In this document: one piece after another, positions 62,821-64,000 of the stretch
How positions within the stretch are numbered: position 1 is the stretch's first letter
Layout of the letters: the number at the start of each line of letters is the position of its first letter
Assembly: GCA_040954595.2 (NCBI GenBank)
Contig: CM082590.2
Coordinates: forward strand, 7,440,001 to 7,504,000
Source of the DNA: Balanoglossus misakiensis
Taxonomy: Eukaryota > Animalia > Hemichordata
DNA: 64,000 bases
Direction of reading: 5' to 3'
Notes under the pieces: model-generated
Told to the model about the DNA's origin: nothing
What the model saw: the letters and a program-made list of their open reading frames with translations, nothing else
The model's database searches: none
Position numbers and translations under genes: made by a program

Positions 62821-64000
62821 TTTGAAAATTATGTCCACTTGGTCTAAAATTAAAGGGGAAAATCAGAAAAAATATGTGAAAATGTTGCACCACATTTTGA
62901 CGTGCACAGGGTTAAACTGGATATGTGTTCTTCTGAATATTTTTTTTCTAAATTTTGATCACGACTTGCGGGCAGTGGAAAATCATGTCCACTTGGTCTA
63001 AAATTAAGAGGGAAAATCAGAAAAAATATGTGAAAACGATGAAAATGTTGCATCACATTTTGTCGTGCAACGGGTTAAAAATGTATTGTGTTCTTCTGAA
63101 TGGGTGAGTGTTTGTTGTTTGGGGAAACATGGTAACTAACTTGCTGATCAAGTAGCTATTCATAGTGTTTTGTTGTGTTATGTCGTGTTGTGTTGGTGAT
63201 CTGAAGCTGTGAGATAGAAACGCTGAAAAGAATTTTCCTGAATCTGGTTTCATGCCAACTTCTTTGAGTGTCCCCGAAGCCCGTTCTTGAATGAACTCTG
63301 GGGCCGGCTAACTGTGAAACGTGAGCATGTTTTCGCGTGTCAAACTGTATCAGGTCTGAAGTAGAATTTCGCCTGAGCGCTAGTCGACTGTCAGACCAGA
63401 GCTATAGTCCTGCCAGATCAATTTGCTGGCTTGATTCAAGATAAACGACATTGATCGAAATGCAAAATACAGCCAATATTTAATGTCCTACTTTGGTACC
63501 AGTTTATCCGGATTTAGTGCCACATCTGACCACTGAATGACCTTGACCATCATGCCACTTGCTTTAAGCAATCATGTTGAAGTCATGGAACAGTGATATG
63601 CATATTGACACAGGCCAACAACCCTGACCCATATTCCAAGTACTTATAGCTGCCAAATTTCACATATTTTTTTCCACAGTAAAATACTTCAAATATATTC
63701 CCTATCCTCTAAAATCCTCACCATTAAGCCATATTACTTGCATTTGCATCAGATTGTCATCTCTTGGCGACACATACCACGATAGCTGCGTACTGTTTGT
63801 ATGGAGGCTGATTAAATCAGTGTGGCACTGTTTTAATACATAGCATGTTCAAATTGCAACACGCAGTCACAATCAGGCATCAATAAGGTTCATGTCTGGA
63901 TTAGAATTCATTTGTCAAACAAAAACAATGACCATTATACATAGCCTTCTATAAGTCTACTGCCTTAAACCTTTCATACCCATTTTCCCGGCAAGACTAT

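Noticed and set aside
63755-63890. Similarity to ~46165-46290 (upstream of CERS1-A) as a marker of the CERS1-B promoter or exon 1
   Set aside because: No exon-1-like coding segment or donor site found in 61255-64000; more likely a dispersed repeat.

Overview
AT-rich eukaryotic (animal) genomic DNA. The GT-AG introns and dense non-autonomous DNA transposons suggest a marine invertebrate, possibly a deuterostome (inference only). Two head-to-tail, minus-strand ceramide synthase 1-like (CERS1/Lag1, TLC domain, no Hox-like domain in the complete copy) paralogs dominate the window. Copy A is complete (7 exons, 45447->17021, 357 aa). Copy B shows exons 2-7 (61254->50901); its exon 1 was not found and probably lies beyond the window. 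Introns and flanks are packed with MITE families (TTAA-flanked palindromic AGGG elements, TA-flanked CTGTA elements, ~85-bp piggyBac-like elements, 10-bp-TSD long-TIR elements, one Helentron/HINE-like element). The first ~9 kb is a composite repeat region with two 24-bp minisatellite arrays, an ~84-bp array expanded inside a repeated module, and a tRNA-derived Pol III-type unit. Most unexpected are single orphan exons of unrelated housekeeping genes with splice sites intact: CHMP5 (2258-2364, internal stop) and POLR2J/RPB11 (39991-40080, antisense inside CERS1-A intron 1). Nearly all ORFs in the supplied track are spurious. All homology calls come from recognising translated motifs by eye, not from database searches.
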